From contig JAADII010000080.1 of the NCBI GenBank assembly GCA_013151415.1, positions 2,115 through 66,114 of the forward strand: a DNA stretch of 64,000 nt. Direction: 5' to 3'. A program made the position numbers and the translations under genes. Below the pieces are notes generated by a model that saw only the letters and a program-made list of their open reading frames with translations, did not search any database and was not told the origin of the DNA. Source of the DNA: Chloroflexota bacterium (GTDB taxonomy: Bacteria > Chloroflexota > Anaerolineae > J102). Positions 47,542 through 58,348 of the stretch are shown here, in pieces (the first letter of the stretch is position 1; the number at the start of each line of letters is the position of its first letter).

Positions 47542-48963
47542 TCAAACGGCTGTAGTCAAAATACGTAAAATGCGTCGCGCCTCGCGTTGGCCGGAGAGAA
47601 ACGCGCCGTGCACCGTGGCCGGATAACGGACATGGGTGGCTTCACCCGCGAAGAAAAGCCGTTCGTCCACCGGTTCGGCCAACGCTTCGTAATCGCTCTC
47701 GCCCGCGGCTACGGCAGCGAATGAATAGGCGCCAAGCGAATAAGGGTCGGACGCCCAACGCGTGCTCATGATGGCTTCCGGTTCGGGGATGCCAGGGCCG
47801 AACATGCCGCGCAGGGCTTGCATGGCCGCCTCGACGCCGGTTTCCAGGGCCGCGGCCTCCATCTCTCGGGCGTAGCTCGCCACATTGAACCCCACCAGCA
47901 CCGGCTCGCCCGTATAGCGAACCATGCTCAGCCACTCGCTCCAGCGCCCCTTGCGCGGGGAAAGCCGACCCAGGAATTCGCTCTCTTCGGGCCAGAACAC
48001 GCGGGGAAAACGGAAATAGGTTTTATTCATCAGCCCCATGCCCAGACGCCGGATCGCGGCCTGTTTGCGCGCGGGAAGTTCGGGAACGAATTCCATCGCC
48101 CCACTTTTGAGCGCGCCCAAAGGCAGCGTGACCACGGCCCGCTCGCCGCGAAACTCGCCTTGTTCGGTGAACGCGCGCACGCCCGACGCATCGTATTCCA
48201 GCCGACGAACCGCATGGCCTGTGCGAATGTCCAGACCCTGGGCCATGAAGGCCACAACCTGGCCGAAGCCTTGGGGAAAGACCGCGTCCTCACCCCGAAA
48301 CGCGTCGTCCTCATCGTAACGATAGAGCGAGAGTTCGGCCACATCGGCCGCGTATTCCTGCTCGATGACCGAGTTGATCCAGTAATTCAGCGTCATTTGC
48401 TCATCGCCGTTAAGCGTTTTTCCCCGCAGCGCCAACCGCAGCGCCTCCTCCAAAGCGATGTCCGCTTCACCCCCCTTTTTTCGGCGACGCCGGATGAGCC
48501 GCACTTCCGCCATGATGGTTCGGAACTCTCGGTATTGCCGTTCGACCTCGACGTCGGAGAGCAAACGCCCCTGCGCATCGTAGAGCCAGAGGTTGTCGTA
48601 ATCGGTGGGGATGGTTTGCACATTGGCCTTTTTGGCCAGATGCGCGATGGGGTTGCCGCGCACGCCATGAATCCACGACGCGCCCAAGTCAATGACGCCA
48701 TCGCCAAAACGCATGCTCCAGATGCGGCCGCCGATGCGGGTGCGCGCCTCCAATACAATGACCGAAAGGCCGGCCGCGACCAGGTCGCGCGCTGCGGCCA
48801 ATCCGGCCATGCCCGCGCCAATGACCAGCACATCCGCGCTCGCGGCGTTGGTCGGAACGGGATCCGAGGCCACATTGCTCTCTTGACAACTGACCAGAGC
48901 GGAGGGAAAGGCAAAGCATAATAGAAGTTTGAGAAACGTTCGACGAGGCAAAGTGCGATGCAT
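47542..48963 (-). CDS. flavin-containing amine oxidase (polyamine/monoamine oxidase family) with a Tat signal
   Basis: The start was trimmed to '[15 protein letters not shown]' (twin-arginine RRxFLK). The FAD motif '[14 protein letters not shown]' is present. The track ORF is extended about 260 codons upstream through a stop-free high-GC region. Confidence 0.8.
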   Translation of the reverse strand: MHRTLPRRTFLKLLLCFAFPSALVSCQESNVASDPVPTNAASADVLVIGAGMAGLAAARDLVAAGLSVIVLEARTRIGGRIWSMRFGDGVIDLGASWIHGVRGNPIAHLAKKANVQTIPTDYDNLWLYDAQGRLLSDVEVERQYREFRTIMAEVRLIRRRRKKGGEADIALEEALRLALRGKTLNGDEQMTLNYWINSVIEQEYAADVAELSLYRYDEDDAFRGEDAVFPQGFGQVVAFMAQGLDIRTGHAVRRLEYDASGVRAFTEQGEFRGERAVVTLPLGALKSGAMEFVPELPARKQAAIRRLGMGLMNKTYFRFPRVFWPEESEFLGRLSPRKGRWSEWLSMVRYTGEPVLVGFNVASYAREMEAAALETGVEAAMQALRGMFGPGIPEPEAIMSTRWASDPYSLGAYSFAAVAAGESDYEALAEPVDERLFFAGEATHVRYPATVHGAFLSGQREARRILRILTTAV

Positions 48964-49050
48964 GATTCGAATATTGACAAAGGAAAAAATCGTACAGTAT
49001 ACTCTGAATTTAGGATGAGCTAAAACAAATCGACCCTTTCGAGGAAAAAC

Positions 49051-51279
49051 ATGCTCCTCAAAAACCTGTGGCGGCGTCGCACGCGTAGTTTTCTCACCAT
49101 TCTGGGCATTGCCATTGGCGTGGCCGCGGTGGTGGCTTTGGGAGCGATGGCTCAAGGTTTTCTGAAAAACTACGGCAGCGTGGTGGGGCTTAGCAATGAT
49201 CTGCTCGTTTCTCAAGCCAACGCGTTCGATGTGGCGTTTAGCAATCTCGATGAAGACATCGGCCCGCGCTTGCAGACCGCGCCGGGCGTGGAGGATGTGG
49301 ATCCGGGCGTCTATGGTTGGATTGTAACCGAAGAAATGCCCTTTTTCATGATTTTCGGATACGAACCGGGCAGCGTGGCCATGCAACACTATCGCATTGT
49401 CGAGGGCAAGCCCGTAACCGCGGCGCGCCAAATCGCGATTGGCCGCCGCGCGGCCGATAGTCTGAATAAAGGCGTGGGCGACAGGTTGCGCCTTGCCGGT
49501 TCGCCTTATGAAATTGTGGGCATTTACGAAACCGGCCAGGCGTTGGAAGAATCGGGCGGGGTGGTGGTGCTGGAAGATGCGCAAAAGATCACGGGCAAGA
49601 CGCGCAAGGTCAGCCTTTTTCAGGTGGGCGTGCGTCGGGGCGCAGACATCGAACAGGTGATGCAGCGCATCGAGGCCATCGACGATGATCTCGTGGTGAC
49701 GAAGTCCAGCGAATACGAGGTCAACGAATCCTACGCAGACTTCATGCAAGGGTTCGCCTGGGGCATCGCCGTCATCGCCATTCTCATTGGCGGTTTGGGC
49801 ATGATGAACGCGATGGTGATGAGCGTATTGGAGCGGACGCGCGAGATCGGCACGCTGCGAGCCGTGGGCTGGAGCCGCTGGCGCGTCGTGCGCCTGATCA
49901 TGGGCGAAACGGTTGTGCTCAGTTTAATGGGCGGCGTCGCGGGCATCCTGCTCGGCGTAGCCTTCACCGAGCTGGTTGCAACCATGCCCGGCGTGGGCAG
50001 CCTGCTGGAGGGCGCGTTTTCCCCCCAGATTTTCGTGCAAGGATTGATGACTGCGCTTTTGCTGGGCGTGGTGGGAGGCGCATATCCGGCCTGGGTGGCG
50101 GCCAATTTGCAGCCGGTGGAGGCGTTGCGCTATGAAGGCGGCAGCGCGGGCGCGGGGGGAGGCCGCCTGAGCCGCATCGGCGGCCAGAGCTTCCGCAATC
50201 TCTGGCGACGTCGCACCCGCACTTTGATCTCGGCCGCGGGCATTGGCATTGGCGTGGCCACGCTGGTCATGTTGGGCGGCATGATCGCGGGCATGATGCG
50301 CACGCTCAACAGCCTGGCCGGCAGCAGCGGCCCGGGCAACATCACGGTGATGCAGCGCGATGTGGCCGACATGAGTTTGAGCTCGTTGGAAGAGCGCATT
50401 GTTTCTCAGATTCAGGCCATGCCCCAGGTGAAATCGGTTAGCCCTGTGCTCCTGGGCTTCATCATGACCGAGGATATGCCCTTTTTTCTGATTTTGGGCG
50501 TGGATCCCAACAGTGCAGTCATGGATCATTATCGATTGAGTGACGGCCGATACATGCGACGTCCCAATGAGACCGCGTTGGGCAAAACCGCGGCCGAAAC
50601 ATATAATCTCGGCCTGGGCGACACGCTGATTTTGTACGAAAATCGCTACAAGATCGTGGGCGTTTTCGAAACGGGCGTGAGCTGGGAGGATGGCGCGGCG
50701 CTGCTGGCCTTGCGCGAGGCGCAACGCTTGCTCAATCGGCCGCGCACGGTGAGTTACATCTTTCTCGATGTAAAAGATCCCGGCCAGGCCGAGGCTGTGG
50801 TCGCGGCCATCAATCGCCGTTTTCCCGAAGCGCGGGCCAGCCTTAGCAGCGAGTTCGCGCAAAACACCGACGATATGCAAAACGCGCAGGCCATGATGGA
50901 TGCAATCGGCATTTTGGCCCTGTTGGTGGGCGGCATTGTCGTGGCCAACACCATGATCATGTCCATCTACGAACGCACGCGCGAAATCGGCGTCCTAAGA
51001 GCGCTGGGCTGGCGCAAACGTCGGATACTGAAGCAGATCATCGAGGAAAGCCTGCTGCTATGCCTTTTGGCCGGAATAATTGGCTCCATTATGGGCGTCA
51101 TTCTGCTCTGGTTATTGACCCAAGTCCCTGGCATGGGCGCTTTTTTGGCCGCGGAGTGGAATCTTGCCATTTTCGCTCGAGCGATAGGTCTCACCCTGTT
51201 GGTGGGTCTTATCGCAGGCGCGTATCCGGCCTGGCGCGCCAGCCGCTTGCAACCGGTGGAGGCGTTGAGATACGAATAA
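49051..51279 (+). CDS. ABC transporter permease with an internally duplicated FtsX/MacB-like module
   Basis: 742 aa. Two halves each run from '[13 protein letters not shown]' or '[13 protein letters not shown]' to '[21 protein letters not shown]'. No ATPase gene is adjacent. Confidence 0.8.
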   Translation: MLLKNLWRRRTRSFLTILGIAIGVAAVVALGAMAQGFLKNYGSVVGLSNDLLVSQANAFDVAFSNLDEDIGPRLQTAPGVEDVDPGVYGWIVTEEMPFFMIFGYEPGSVAMQHYRIVEGKPVTAARQIAIGRRAADSLNKGVGDRLRLAGSPYEIVGIYETGQALEESGGVVVLEDAQKITGKTRKVSLFQVGVRRGADIEQVMQRIEAIDDDLVVTKSSEYEVNESYADFMQGFAWGIAVIAILIGGLGMMNAMVMSVLERTREIGTLRAVGWSRWRVVRLIMGETVVLSLMGGVAGILLGVAFTELVATMPGVGSLLEGAFSPQIFVQGLMTALLLGVVGGAYPAWVAANLQPVEALRYEGGSAGAGGGRLSRIGGQSFRNLWRRRTRTLISAAGIGIGVATLVMLGGMIAGMMRTLNSLAGSSGPGNITVMQRDVADMSLSSLEERIVSQIQAMPQVKSVSPVLLGFIMTEDMPFFLILGVDPNSAVMDHYRLSDGRYMRRPNETALGKTAAETYNLGLGDTLILYENRYKIVGVFETGVSWEDGAALLALREAQRLLNRPRTVSYIFLDVKDPGQAEAVVAAINRRFPEARASLSSEFAQNTDDMQNAQAMMDAIGILALLVGGIVVANTMIMSIYERTREIGVLRALGWRKRRILKQIIEESLLLCLLAGIIGSIMGVILLWLLTQVPGMGAFLAAEWNLAIFARAIGLTLLVGLIAGAYPAWRASRLQPVEALRYE

Positions 51280-51311
51280 CTGCGAAAGACCCCCGCGCTT
51301 GTTTTGGGATG

Positions 51312-52334
51312 TCAATCCAGAAGCGCGCGGCGCTTGATTGCGTTCGCCACCTCTTTCGTCCCCGCGCGGCCGCCCAAATCGGGGGTTCGGGGACCGAAAC
51401 GCAACACATGATCGATGGCTTGATCAAGACGCCGGGCTTCATCTTCGCGTTCCAAATAGGCCAGCAACATGGCCGCGCTTCGCAAAGCCGCAACCGGATT
51501 GGCCACTCCTTGCCCTGCGATATCGGGAGCGGAGCCATGCACCGGCTCGAACAAAGCCGGTCGTTTGTCACCGATATTGGCCGAAGGCGCCAGGCCCAAA
51601 CCGCCGGCCATGCCTGCGGCCAAATCAGAGAGGATATCGCCATAGAGATTGGTGGTGACCAACACATCGAACCGAGACGGATCGCGCGCGAGCCACATGG
51701 CCGCCGTATCCACAAGCATTTCATCGACCGTGATCTGCGGGTAGGACGAAGCCACCTCGAGGCAATTGATACGGAATAGTCCGTCGCTCTTTTTCAACAC
51801 ATTGGCCTTGTGCACAACCGTAAGATGTGGCCGCCGCCCCGTGCGCTCGGCATGGCGCAACGCCTGATGGCAGGCCGTCTCGGCGATGCGGTGGCTGGCC
51901 AACCCCGTGACCACGCGCTCGGCCACAAAGCCGCCCGGGATGGGGCGTTCGCGACCGCTGTACAAACCTTCGCTGTTCTCGCGCACAATGAGCAGATCAA
52001 ACGCTTTGCCGGCGTCTGGCAAGCTACGCGCGGGGCGCAGGTTGGCATAGAGGCCCAGTTGTTTGCGCAGGGCGATGATAGGGCTTTGATAGCCGGGGGT
52101 TTCCTGCATTGGCGATTGGGTTGCGCCAAAAAGAACGGCGTCAGCCTCGCGAGCCAGCGCCAATGTTTCAGAGGGCAGTGCGGCGCCTGTTCGTCTGAAA
52201 CAACGCCAGCCGGCCTCGGCTTGAACAAAATCGAGATCGGGCGCAAGCGCCGCCAACACATTGGCGGCCGCCATCACCACTTCTGCGCCTACGCCGTCAC
52301 CAGGAATGAGAAGAACGGTGGTTGAAGAGGACAT
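51312..52334 (-). CDS. isocitrate/isopropylmalate dehydrogenase family protein (3-isopropylmalate / homoisocitrate / NAD-IDH type)
   Basis: 340 aa with 'LLIPGDGVGAEV' and 'NLYGDILSDLAAGMAGGLGLAPSANIG'. Confidence 0.8.
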   Translation of the reverse strand: MSSSTTVLLIPGDGVGAEVVMAAANVLAALAPDLDFVQAEAGWRCFRRTGAALPSETLALAREADAVLFGATQSPMQETPGYQSPIIALRKQLGLYANLRPARSLPDAGKAFDLLIVRENSEGLYSGRERPIPGGFVAERVVTGLASHRIAETACHQALRHAERTGRRPHLTVVHKANVLKKSDGLFRINCLEVASSYPQITVDEMLVDTAAMWLARDPSRFDVLVTTNLYGDILSDLAAGMAGGLGLAPSANIGDKRPALFEPVHGSAPDIAGQGVANPVAALRSAAMLLAYLEREDEARRLDQAIDHVLRFGPRTPDLGGRAGTKEVANAIKRRALLD

Positions 52335-52477
52335 GGTTCGATTCTATGAGAACGATCATGGCAAAAAATGATATTTTCTGGTATCCTAACGATGTTAAGA
52401 AATTGGAGCATTCTATAGTCTAGGGCCAATCGCCCGGACGGGCAAACCCACCTTTTGCCATAGGAGCGAAGTGAACG

Positions 52478-52894
52478 ATGTTCAAGACGATTCTCTGCGC
52501 CATCGATGGTTCGGCGGCTAGTGAGCGTCTGCTGCTTTATCTGATGCATTTTGGGAAAACAGAGAACGCGATTTTGCACATCGTCCACGCGTACGAGCTG
52601 CCCATGCATTACGCCGCAAACGAGGGTTACGAAGAACTGATCGCGAGTTATCGCCGAGTGGCCGAAAATGTGGTCAAGGACGCGCTCGATTTTCTGGCCG
52701 ACGCCGGCCTGGAAGCGCACGGCGAGGCTATCATTGGTTCGCCCGCCGACGTCATTTTGGAAGAGGCGACGCGCCTCGATGCAGACATGATCATCATGGG
52801 CAGCCGAAATCCCAAAGATGTGCGGATGCTTTTGGGCAGCGTTAGCCAGCAAGTGCTCAATGCGTCGCGCATTCCGGTGTTGGTCATACCTTAG
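52478..52894 (+). CDS. universal stress protein (UspA family)
   Basis: 138 aa with 'IIMGSRN' and 'LLGSVSQQVLN'. Confidence 0.8.
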   Translation: MFKTILCAIDGSAASERLLLYLMHFGKTENAILHIVHAYELPMHYAANEGYEELIASYRRVAENVVKDALDFLADAGLEAHGEAIIGSPADVILEEATRLDADMIIMGSRNPKDVRMLLGSVSQQVLNASRIPVLVIP

Positions 52895-52969
52895 GCCGAG
52901 AGGATGAAACCCTGGTTCGGGATCGATTTTTGGTCGCACGGCCGACAGTTGCTAAGGAGGTGATGACGA

Positions 52970-53802
52970 TGTCGTGGTTTCGAACCCCAACTCAGACAGT
53001 TTCCGAAGCGGTTCGCCCGCCCGCGGTGGCGGGGGCGTTTTATCCCGCCAGTCCCGACCATTTGCGCGCACAAGTGGAGGCGTATCTAGCCGCGGCCAAA
53101 TTACCGCCACTCTCTGGCGAGGTGCGCGCGGTGATCGCGCCCCACGCGGGATATATTTATTCCGGCCCTATCGCGGGTTACAGCTTCGCCGCGCTCCCTT
53201 CTCTACAAAATCGTACGATTTATCTTATGGGGCCGGCGCATTATACGCCCGTATATGGCGTCGCGACATGCACGCATCGCGCATTCGAAACGCCGTTGGG
53301 ACAGGTTCCGGTTGCGGTCGAAACCGCCGAATGGCTGGTCGAGCGCGACAGCATTTTCCTTTTCGACGATCAGGCGCACGCGCCCGAGCATTCGTTGGAA
53401 GTGGAGCTGCCCTTTTTGCAGGTTCGAGAGCCAACAGGCTGGCGCATCGCGCCGCTCTTGTTTGGCAATGTCAATCCCGAAAAGGTTGCAGCGGCCTTAA
53501 TCGACGCGCTGGGCAATGATCCCGACGCGCTTATCGTGGTCAGTTCAGACCTCAGCCATTACCATTCATATGGTCAGGCGCGGCGTCTGGATGAAACTTT
53601 TCTGCAAGCGCTCGTCGAAGGCGATGCGGCTACGGTCGCCCGCGGCGAAGCGTGCGGCCGTCTCCCCATTCTCACCCTAATGGCGTTGGCGCAGCAGTTT
53701 GGCTGGCGGGCTCATCTGTTAGATTATCGCAATTCGGGCGATACGGCCGGCGATCGTCAGCGCGTGGTTGGTTACGCCGCCGTTGCCTTCACGGCGACAT
53801 GA
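52970..53802 (+). CDS. amrB: AmmeMemoRadiSam system protein B (MEMO1 family)
   Basis: 'VAGAFYPA' and 'IAPHAGYIYSG' are present. The start was trimmed to 'MSWF' because AAGGAGG lies 8 nt upstream. Confidence 0.8.
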
Positions 53803-53933
53803 CCAAACCCGAAAAAACGTTTGAATATTCCATGGCTGACATGTGGTGTTGGCCCTTAGCGCCATATCATTTGTGAGCGCGTTCGCCGACAATACGCATA
53901 GCCTGTATGCAACGAGATGCAAGGAGGCATCAC

Positions 53934-54530
53934 ATGGACGCGGCGACCATGACCGCAACAAGCGATGAACTCACCGAGGAGGAAGCGAAAGCATTGCTGC
54001 AAGTGGCCCGAGAGGCGCTCGAGGCGGCGCTCAAGGGAAATGGGGCCTGGCATCCAGACCTGAAAGCGTTGCCGCCGCGGCTGCTTGAACCGGGTGCGAG
54101 TTTCGTCACCCTCACCACGCGCGGCGCGTTGCACGGGTGCATCGGCAGCGTGGCGCCCAGCCTGCCGCTGGCCCTCGATGTGGCCAAAAACGCCGTCAGC
54201 GCGGCGCTGAATGATCCCCGTTTTCCTCCACTCACATTCAAGGAGCTGGCCGACACCCGAATCGAAGTATCGGTGCTTTCGCCCATGCGGCCGGTGAACT
54301 ATCGCGATCTCGATGATCTGGCAACCAAAGTGCGACCCGGCCTCGACGGCGTATTAGTGGAGCGAGGCTGGCAACGCGGCCTTCTATTGCCTCAGGTATG
54401 GGAGAAATTGCCCGATCCCCACGAGTTCTTGGCGCATGTGGCGCTCAAGGCTCATGCCGGGATCGACATATATCAAGATCCTGAAACAAAGGTGTATGTG
54501 TTTCAGGTGCATCGATATGAGGAGGAGTGA
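53934..54530 (+). CDS. amrA: AmmeMemoRadiSam system protein A (AMMECR1 domain)
   Basis: 'LHGCIGSV' sits in an AMMECR1 context. The start was trimmed to 'MDAATM' because AAGGAGG lies 7 nt upstream. Confidence 0.8.
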   Translation: MDAATMTATSDELTEEEAKALLQVAREALEAALKGNGAWHPDLKALPPRLLEPGASFVTLTTRGALHGCIGSVAPSLPLALDVAKNAVSAALNDPRFPPLTFKELADTRIEVSVLSPMRPVNYRDLDDLATKVRPGLDGVLVERGWQRGLLLPQVWEKLPDPHEFLAHVALKAHAGIDIYQDPETKVYVFQVHRYEEE

Positions 54531-54617
54531 GGCGCAATTGGGCGGGGCCGCCCAATTCGCATCACCCTATCCATAACCATCAATCTTTCCTCGTTCTCAC
54601 TTGCAAGGAGTCCGCCC

Positions 54618-56189
54618 ATGCTAAACCTGTCCGTCTTGCTCGAGGCCAGCGCCCAAGATTACCCGGGCCAGATCGCCGTTATTTTCAATGAGCGCAAGTT
54701 CACCTATGCGGAGATCAACGCCGCGGCCAACATGTTCGCCAATGGTCTCAAGAAATGGGGCATTGGACCTGGAGATAAAGTGGCGGTGATGATTCCAAAC
54801 CTTCCTTACTTTCCCATCGCCTATTATGGCATTCTCAAGGCCGGCGCGACCGTCGTCCCCTTCAATGTGCTTTTCACCGCGCGCGAGGTGGCCTACCACT
54901 TGGAAGATAGCGATGCGGTGGCGTTGGTGGGCTTTGAGATGTTTGCCGAATCGGCCTATGCCGGCTTTGAGCAGGTGGAGACATGCCGTCGCCTGATCAT
55001 GGCCAGCGCCGACCCTTCGCGACCATTTAGCCATGACGATGAAACGGTCGTGGATTTCAACCATTTTCTGGGCATGGGCGGCTCGCCCGCGTTCGACACC
55101 GTGCAAACTCAGGCCGACGACACCGCGGTCATACTCTACACTTCTGGAACCACGGGCAGCCCCAAAGGAGCGGAGCTCACCCATAGCAATCTGGTGATGA
55201 ACGCCATGCTGAGCGCGGGCCTGTGCGACGCAAGCCCGGACGATGTGGCCCTGGTCACGCTGCCCCTATTCCATTCCTTTGGCCAAACCGTGCTCATGAA
55301 CGCCTGCTTTTATGGCGGCGCGACCATCACCTTGCTTCCACGATTCACGCCAGATGCGGCTTTGGCCATCATGGAGCGAGACCATGTCACCATTTTTGCG
55401 GGCGTGCCCACCATGTATTGGGCCATGTATTCCTATCCTCACGCCGAAGCGCAGTTCGATATGGAAAAAATCGCCAACAATTTGCACACCGCGGTGTCGG
55501 GCGGCGCGTCGCTGCCAGTGGAATTGCTGCGCAATTTCGAGGAGCGCTTCAAGGTCCCCATTCTCGAGGGTTACGGCCTGAGCGAAACCTCGCCCGTGGC
55601 CAGCTTCAATGTACGACGCAAACCCCGCAAGCCCGGCTCTATTGGCATTCCCATTTGGGGCGTGCAAATGGCCCTGGTGGATGACGACGACAACTTCATC
55701 CCCAAACCGGACAAAGAAGGGGAATTCAGCGAAGTGGGCGAGATTGTGATTCGCGGACACAATGTGATGAAGGGTTATTATAAGCGGCCCGAGGCCACAG
55801 CCGAAGTGATGCGCAATGATTGGTTCCATACGGGCGATCTTGCACGCATGGACAGCGACGGCTACTTTTTCATCGTGGATCGCAAGAAAGAGATGATTAT
55901 TCGCGGGGGATTCAACGTCTATCCGCGAGAGATCGAAGAGTATTTGATGACGCACCCCAAGGTCTCGTTGGTCGCGGTGAAGGGCGCGCCCGATGATAAA
56001 TTGGGCGAGGAAGTGAAGGCTTATATCGTGCTCAAACCGGGTGAGACGGCCACGGCCGAGGAAATTATCGAGTTCGCGAAAAAGGGGTTGGCCGCGTATA
56101 AATACCCCCGTCTTATCGAGTTTCGCTCCGAACTTCCCATGACAGCCACCGGTAAGATACTCAAACGAGCCTTAGTGGACGAAGACTGA
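54618..56189 (+). CDS. long-chain fatty acid--CoA ligase (AMP-binding enzyme family)
   Basis: The AMP-binding motif 'YTSGTTGSPKG' and the C-terminal 'GKILKR' are present. Confidence 0.85.
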   Translation: MLNLSVLLEASAQDYPGQIAVIFNERKFTYAEINAAANMFANGLKKWGIGPGDKVAVMIPNLPYFPIAYYGILKAGATVVPFNVLFTAREVAYHLEDSDAVALVGFEMFAESAYAGFEQVETCRRLIMASADPSRPFSHDDETVVDFNHFLGMGGSPAFDTVQTQADDTAVILYTSGTTGSPKGAELTHSNLVMNAMLSAGLCDASPDDVALVTLPLFHSFGQTVLMNACFYGGATITLLPRFTPDAALAIMERDHVTIFAGVPTMYWAMYSYPHAEAQFDMEKIANNLHTAVSGGASLPVELLRNFEERFKVPILEGYGLSETSPVASFNVRRKPRKPGSIGIPIWGVQMALVDDDDNFIPKPDKEGEFSEVGEIVIRGHNVMKGYYKRPEATAEVMRNDWFHTGDLARMDSDGYFFIVDRKKEMIIRGGFNVYPREIEEYLMTHPKVSLVAVKGAPDDKLGEEVKAYIVLKPGETATAEEIIEFAKKGLAAYKYPRLIEFRSELPMTATGKILKRALVDED

Positions 56190-56255
56190 ACGCCATGCGC
56201 TTCGCAGATGAAGGAAAAGGCCGCTCGACAAATTCGAGCGGCCTTTTGGCTGGTT

Positions 56256-57671
56256 CTACGCACCCCGCAACTCGCGCAGCCGCTTGTCGATTTCGGCCAC
56301 CTTCGCCTGCTCGGCCAACCACCATTCGGGGTCGCGCTGCGCGTCCAACTCCTCCACGCTCTTACCCTGTTGTTCGACCCAAGTGTAATACTTAAGGTTG
56401 TGCCAACATTGCCGCGCATGCATCGAGCCTTCGCGAACCCAGTCCGTCGTCGCGCGATGAAAGATGGACTCCAGGCGAATCTTGGCTTCGGTTTCATCCA
56501 TGGGGCCTTCTTTCTCGGTTAGCCAATCCATCACCGAGTAATAGCGATCTATGGCGTCGGTGAGAATGGTGACGATGACATCGCCCTTTCCATATCCGTA
56601 ATATTTGGCCGTTTTAATGGCGCCAATGACATTGCACACGCCGCTGATGCCAAAAATCGAGCTCAACTTCTCCACCTTTTCCTGAGGAATGCCATACTCC
56701 TCGGCCAGCACTTTTTTGCCCGGCTCCTCCACCAACATTTGCAGGCCGCGCACCGAATCCATGTCGTCGATGCACATGATCGCATCCATATTCAGAACAT
56801 TGTGAATCCAGGTCACATGTTTGTCGCCGATGCCCTGGATCTGATGCGCGCCATAACCATTGCTATAAAGCGTGGGGCACTGAATAGGCTCGAGACCAAT
56901 GATGCGGTGATGGGGCCAAACCTGTTTCAAACGATCGCCCGCGGCAATGGTGCCGGCGGAGCCCATAGCCGAAACATAGGCGTCCACTCGTCCCCGACCT
57001 ATGCCCTGTTGCGCCAGATATTCGGCCAGCTCCACAATCGTGTTGCCGGTGACATAATAATGAAAACGGTAATTCCCCATGACCTCAAACTGGTTCAACA
57101 CCCTGACATTGGGGTCGGCTCGACGCAGCTCCCAGGTTTTGTCGTAAATTTCCTTGACATTGGATTCGGAGCCGGGCGTGGCGATGATGCGAGCGCCATA
57201 ACTGCGAATTTGCTCGAAGCGCTCTTTGCTCATCTCCGCGGGCAGGATGACGATGGCGTCGAACCCCATGCGACACCCCACCCAAGCCCCGCCAATGCCG
57301 TAATTGCCGGTCGAGGGCCAGACCAACGTGTGAACGCCGGGGTCCACATCGCCGCTTAATTCCATCTCCAACAACACCGAGTAGGCCGCGCCCACCTTAT
57401 GACTGCCCGTTGGGAAGTCTTTGGCGTATAACACGACGATTTCCGCGTCCACGCCGGTCAGTTCATGAGGCAACACCTCATGATAGATCCGGTTATTGGC
57501 GTCTCGCCAGGTGATATTGTAAAGATTGATGGGATCGAGCGGATCGCTTTGCTTTTTTTCCAAAGCCAGCGCTCGCGTTTCTGGATCGATGGTCCAGGGA
57601 TGGAGCATCTCTTCAAAAGTGGGGCCGGTGATAAGGGTTTTCTTGGACATGACCTTTTCGTTTGATTTCAA
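56256..57671 (-). CDS. PLP-dependent enzyme of the tryptophan-synthase-beta superfamily (TrpB-like, standalone, with a C-terminal extension)
   Basis: 471 aa. The putative PLP-Lys sits in 'PTGSHKVGAAY', compare TrpB G(A/S)HK. No trpA is adjacent. Confidence 0.5.
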   Translation of the reverse strand: MKSNEKVMSKKTLITGPTFEEMLHPWTIDPETRALALEKKQSDPLDPINLYNITWRDANNRIYHEVLPHELTGVDAEIVVLYAKDFPTGSHKVGAAYSVLLEMELSGDVDPGVHTLVWPSTGNYGIGGAWVGCRMGFDAIVILPAEMSKERFEQIRSYGARIIATPGSESNVKEIYDKTWELRRADPNVRVLNQFEVMGNYRFHYYVTGNTIVELAEYLAQQGIGRGRVDAYVSAMGSAGTIAAGDRLKQVWPHHRIIGLEPIQCPTLYSNGYGAHQIQGIGDKHVTWIHNVLNMDAIMCIDDMDSVRGLQMLVEEPGKKVLAEEYGIPQEKVEKLSSIFGISGVCNVIGAIKTAKYYGYGKGDVIVTILTDAIDRYYSVMDWLTEKEGPMDETEAKIRLESIFHRATTDWVREGSMHARQCWHNLKYYTWVEQQGKSVEELDAQRDPEWWLAEQAKVAEIDKRLRELRGA

Positions 57672-57930
57672 GAGAACGGAGAGAAAAGAGAATTAGGAAA
57701 ACGCTCGAATCGGGTGAAAAGGCGCCTATTCACCCAAAGCGCCATTGCAAGCCCTATTGATGCAAATCTCTTCAGGCGCTGTGCGAGAAGACGCCAACCG
57801 AGGCATTGCAATGACAAGACGACGAGAAGGGAAGCGTTGTAAGGTGGAAATTGTACCATAATCCTTCTGTCATGACACCCAACACCCCTGTTCAGAAGGG
57901 TCGCGGCCAAAGATGCGCCATCCCATGGTT

Positions 57931-57959
57931 TTGCACATCCCCAAACCTCATGTTAGCAT
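57931..57959 (+). promoter_or_regulatory. candidate sigma70 promoter upstream of the small membrane protein gene
   Basis: A -35 TTGCAC at 57931-57936, a 17-nt spacer, and a -10 TAGCAT at 57954-57959. Confidence 0.4.
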
Positions 57960-58011
57960 GTTTTGTCTCACCGCCATGCCAAAAGATCATCTCCTGCACC
58001 TCTCTTAATTC

Positions 58012-58308
58012 ATGCGCTCGCAATCTCGCCTTCTCCGCATTGGCCTGCTCCTGACATTTATCGGGCTGAGTCTCTTTTTGGGTTTGGGACCGAATGAAGG
58101 ACGGGCCGCCGCGCCATTTCAATCGCCGCCGCGAACTTACCTGGTGCATGAACCGCTTGTTACAAATCAAAACGGTCTGGCGAATCCTGCACCCGATATC
58201 AACAAAACGAGAACGCGGGATGTTCCCATTTCGGTTGTGCTACTGGCTTTGCTGCTCCTTTTTGCATCGGCGGTCGCTTTCGTTGGCGCGCGACGTCGCG
58301 TCTTATGA
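58012..58308 (+). CDS. hypothetical small protein with an N-terminal signal/TM and a C-terminal TM followed by RRRVL
   Basis: 98 aa. Hydrophobic segments at both ends. Confidence 0.4.
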   Translation: MRSQSRLLRIGLLLTFIGLSLFLGLGPNEGRAAAPFQSPPRTYLVHEPLVTNQNGLANPAPDINKTRTRDVPISVVLLALLLLFASAVAFVGARRRVL

Positions 58309-58348
58309 CAATGACACGCCTCCTGTGCAAACTGTGACTTTGTAGAGA

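Noticed and set aside
47818-48921. 367-aa plus-strand ORF
   Set aside because: Antisense shadow of the amine oxidase gene.
49924-50880. 318-aa minus-strand ORF
   Set aside because: Antisense shadow of the duplicated FtsX permease gene.
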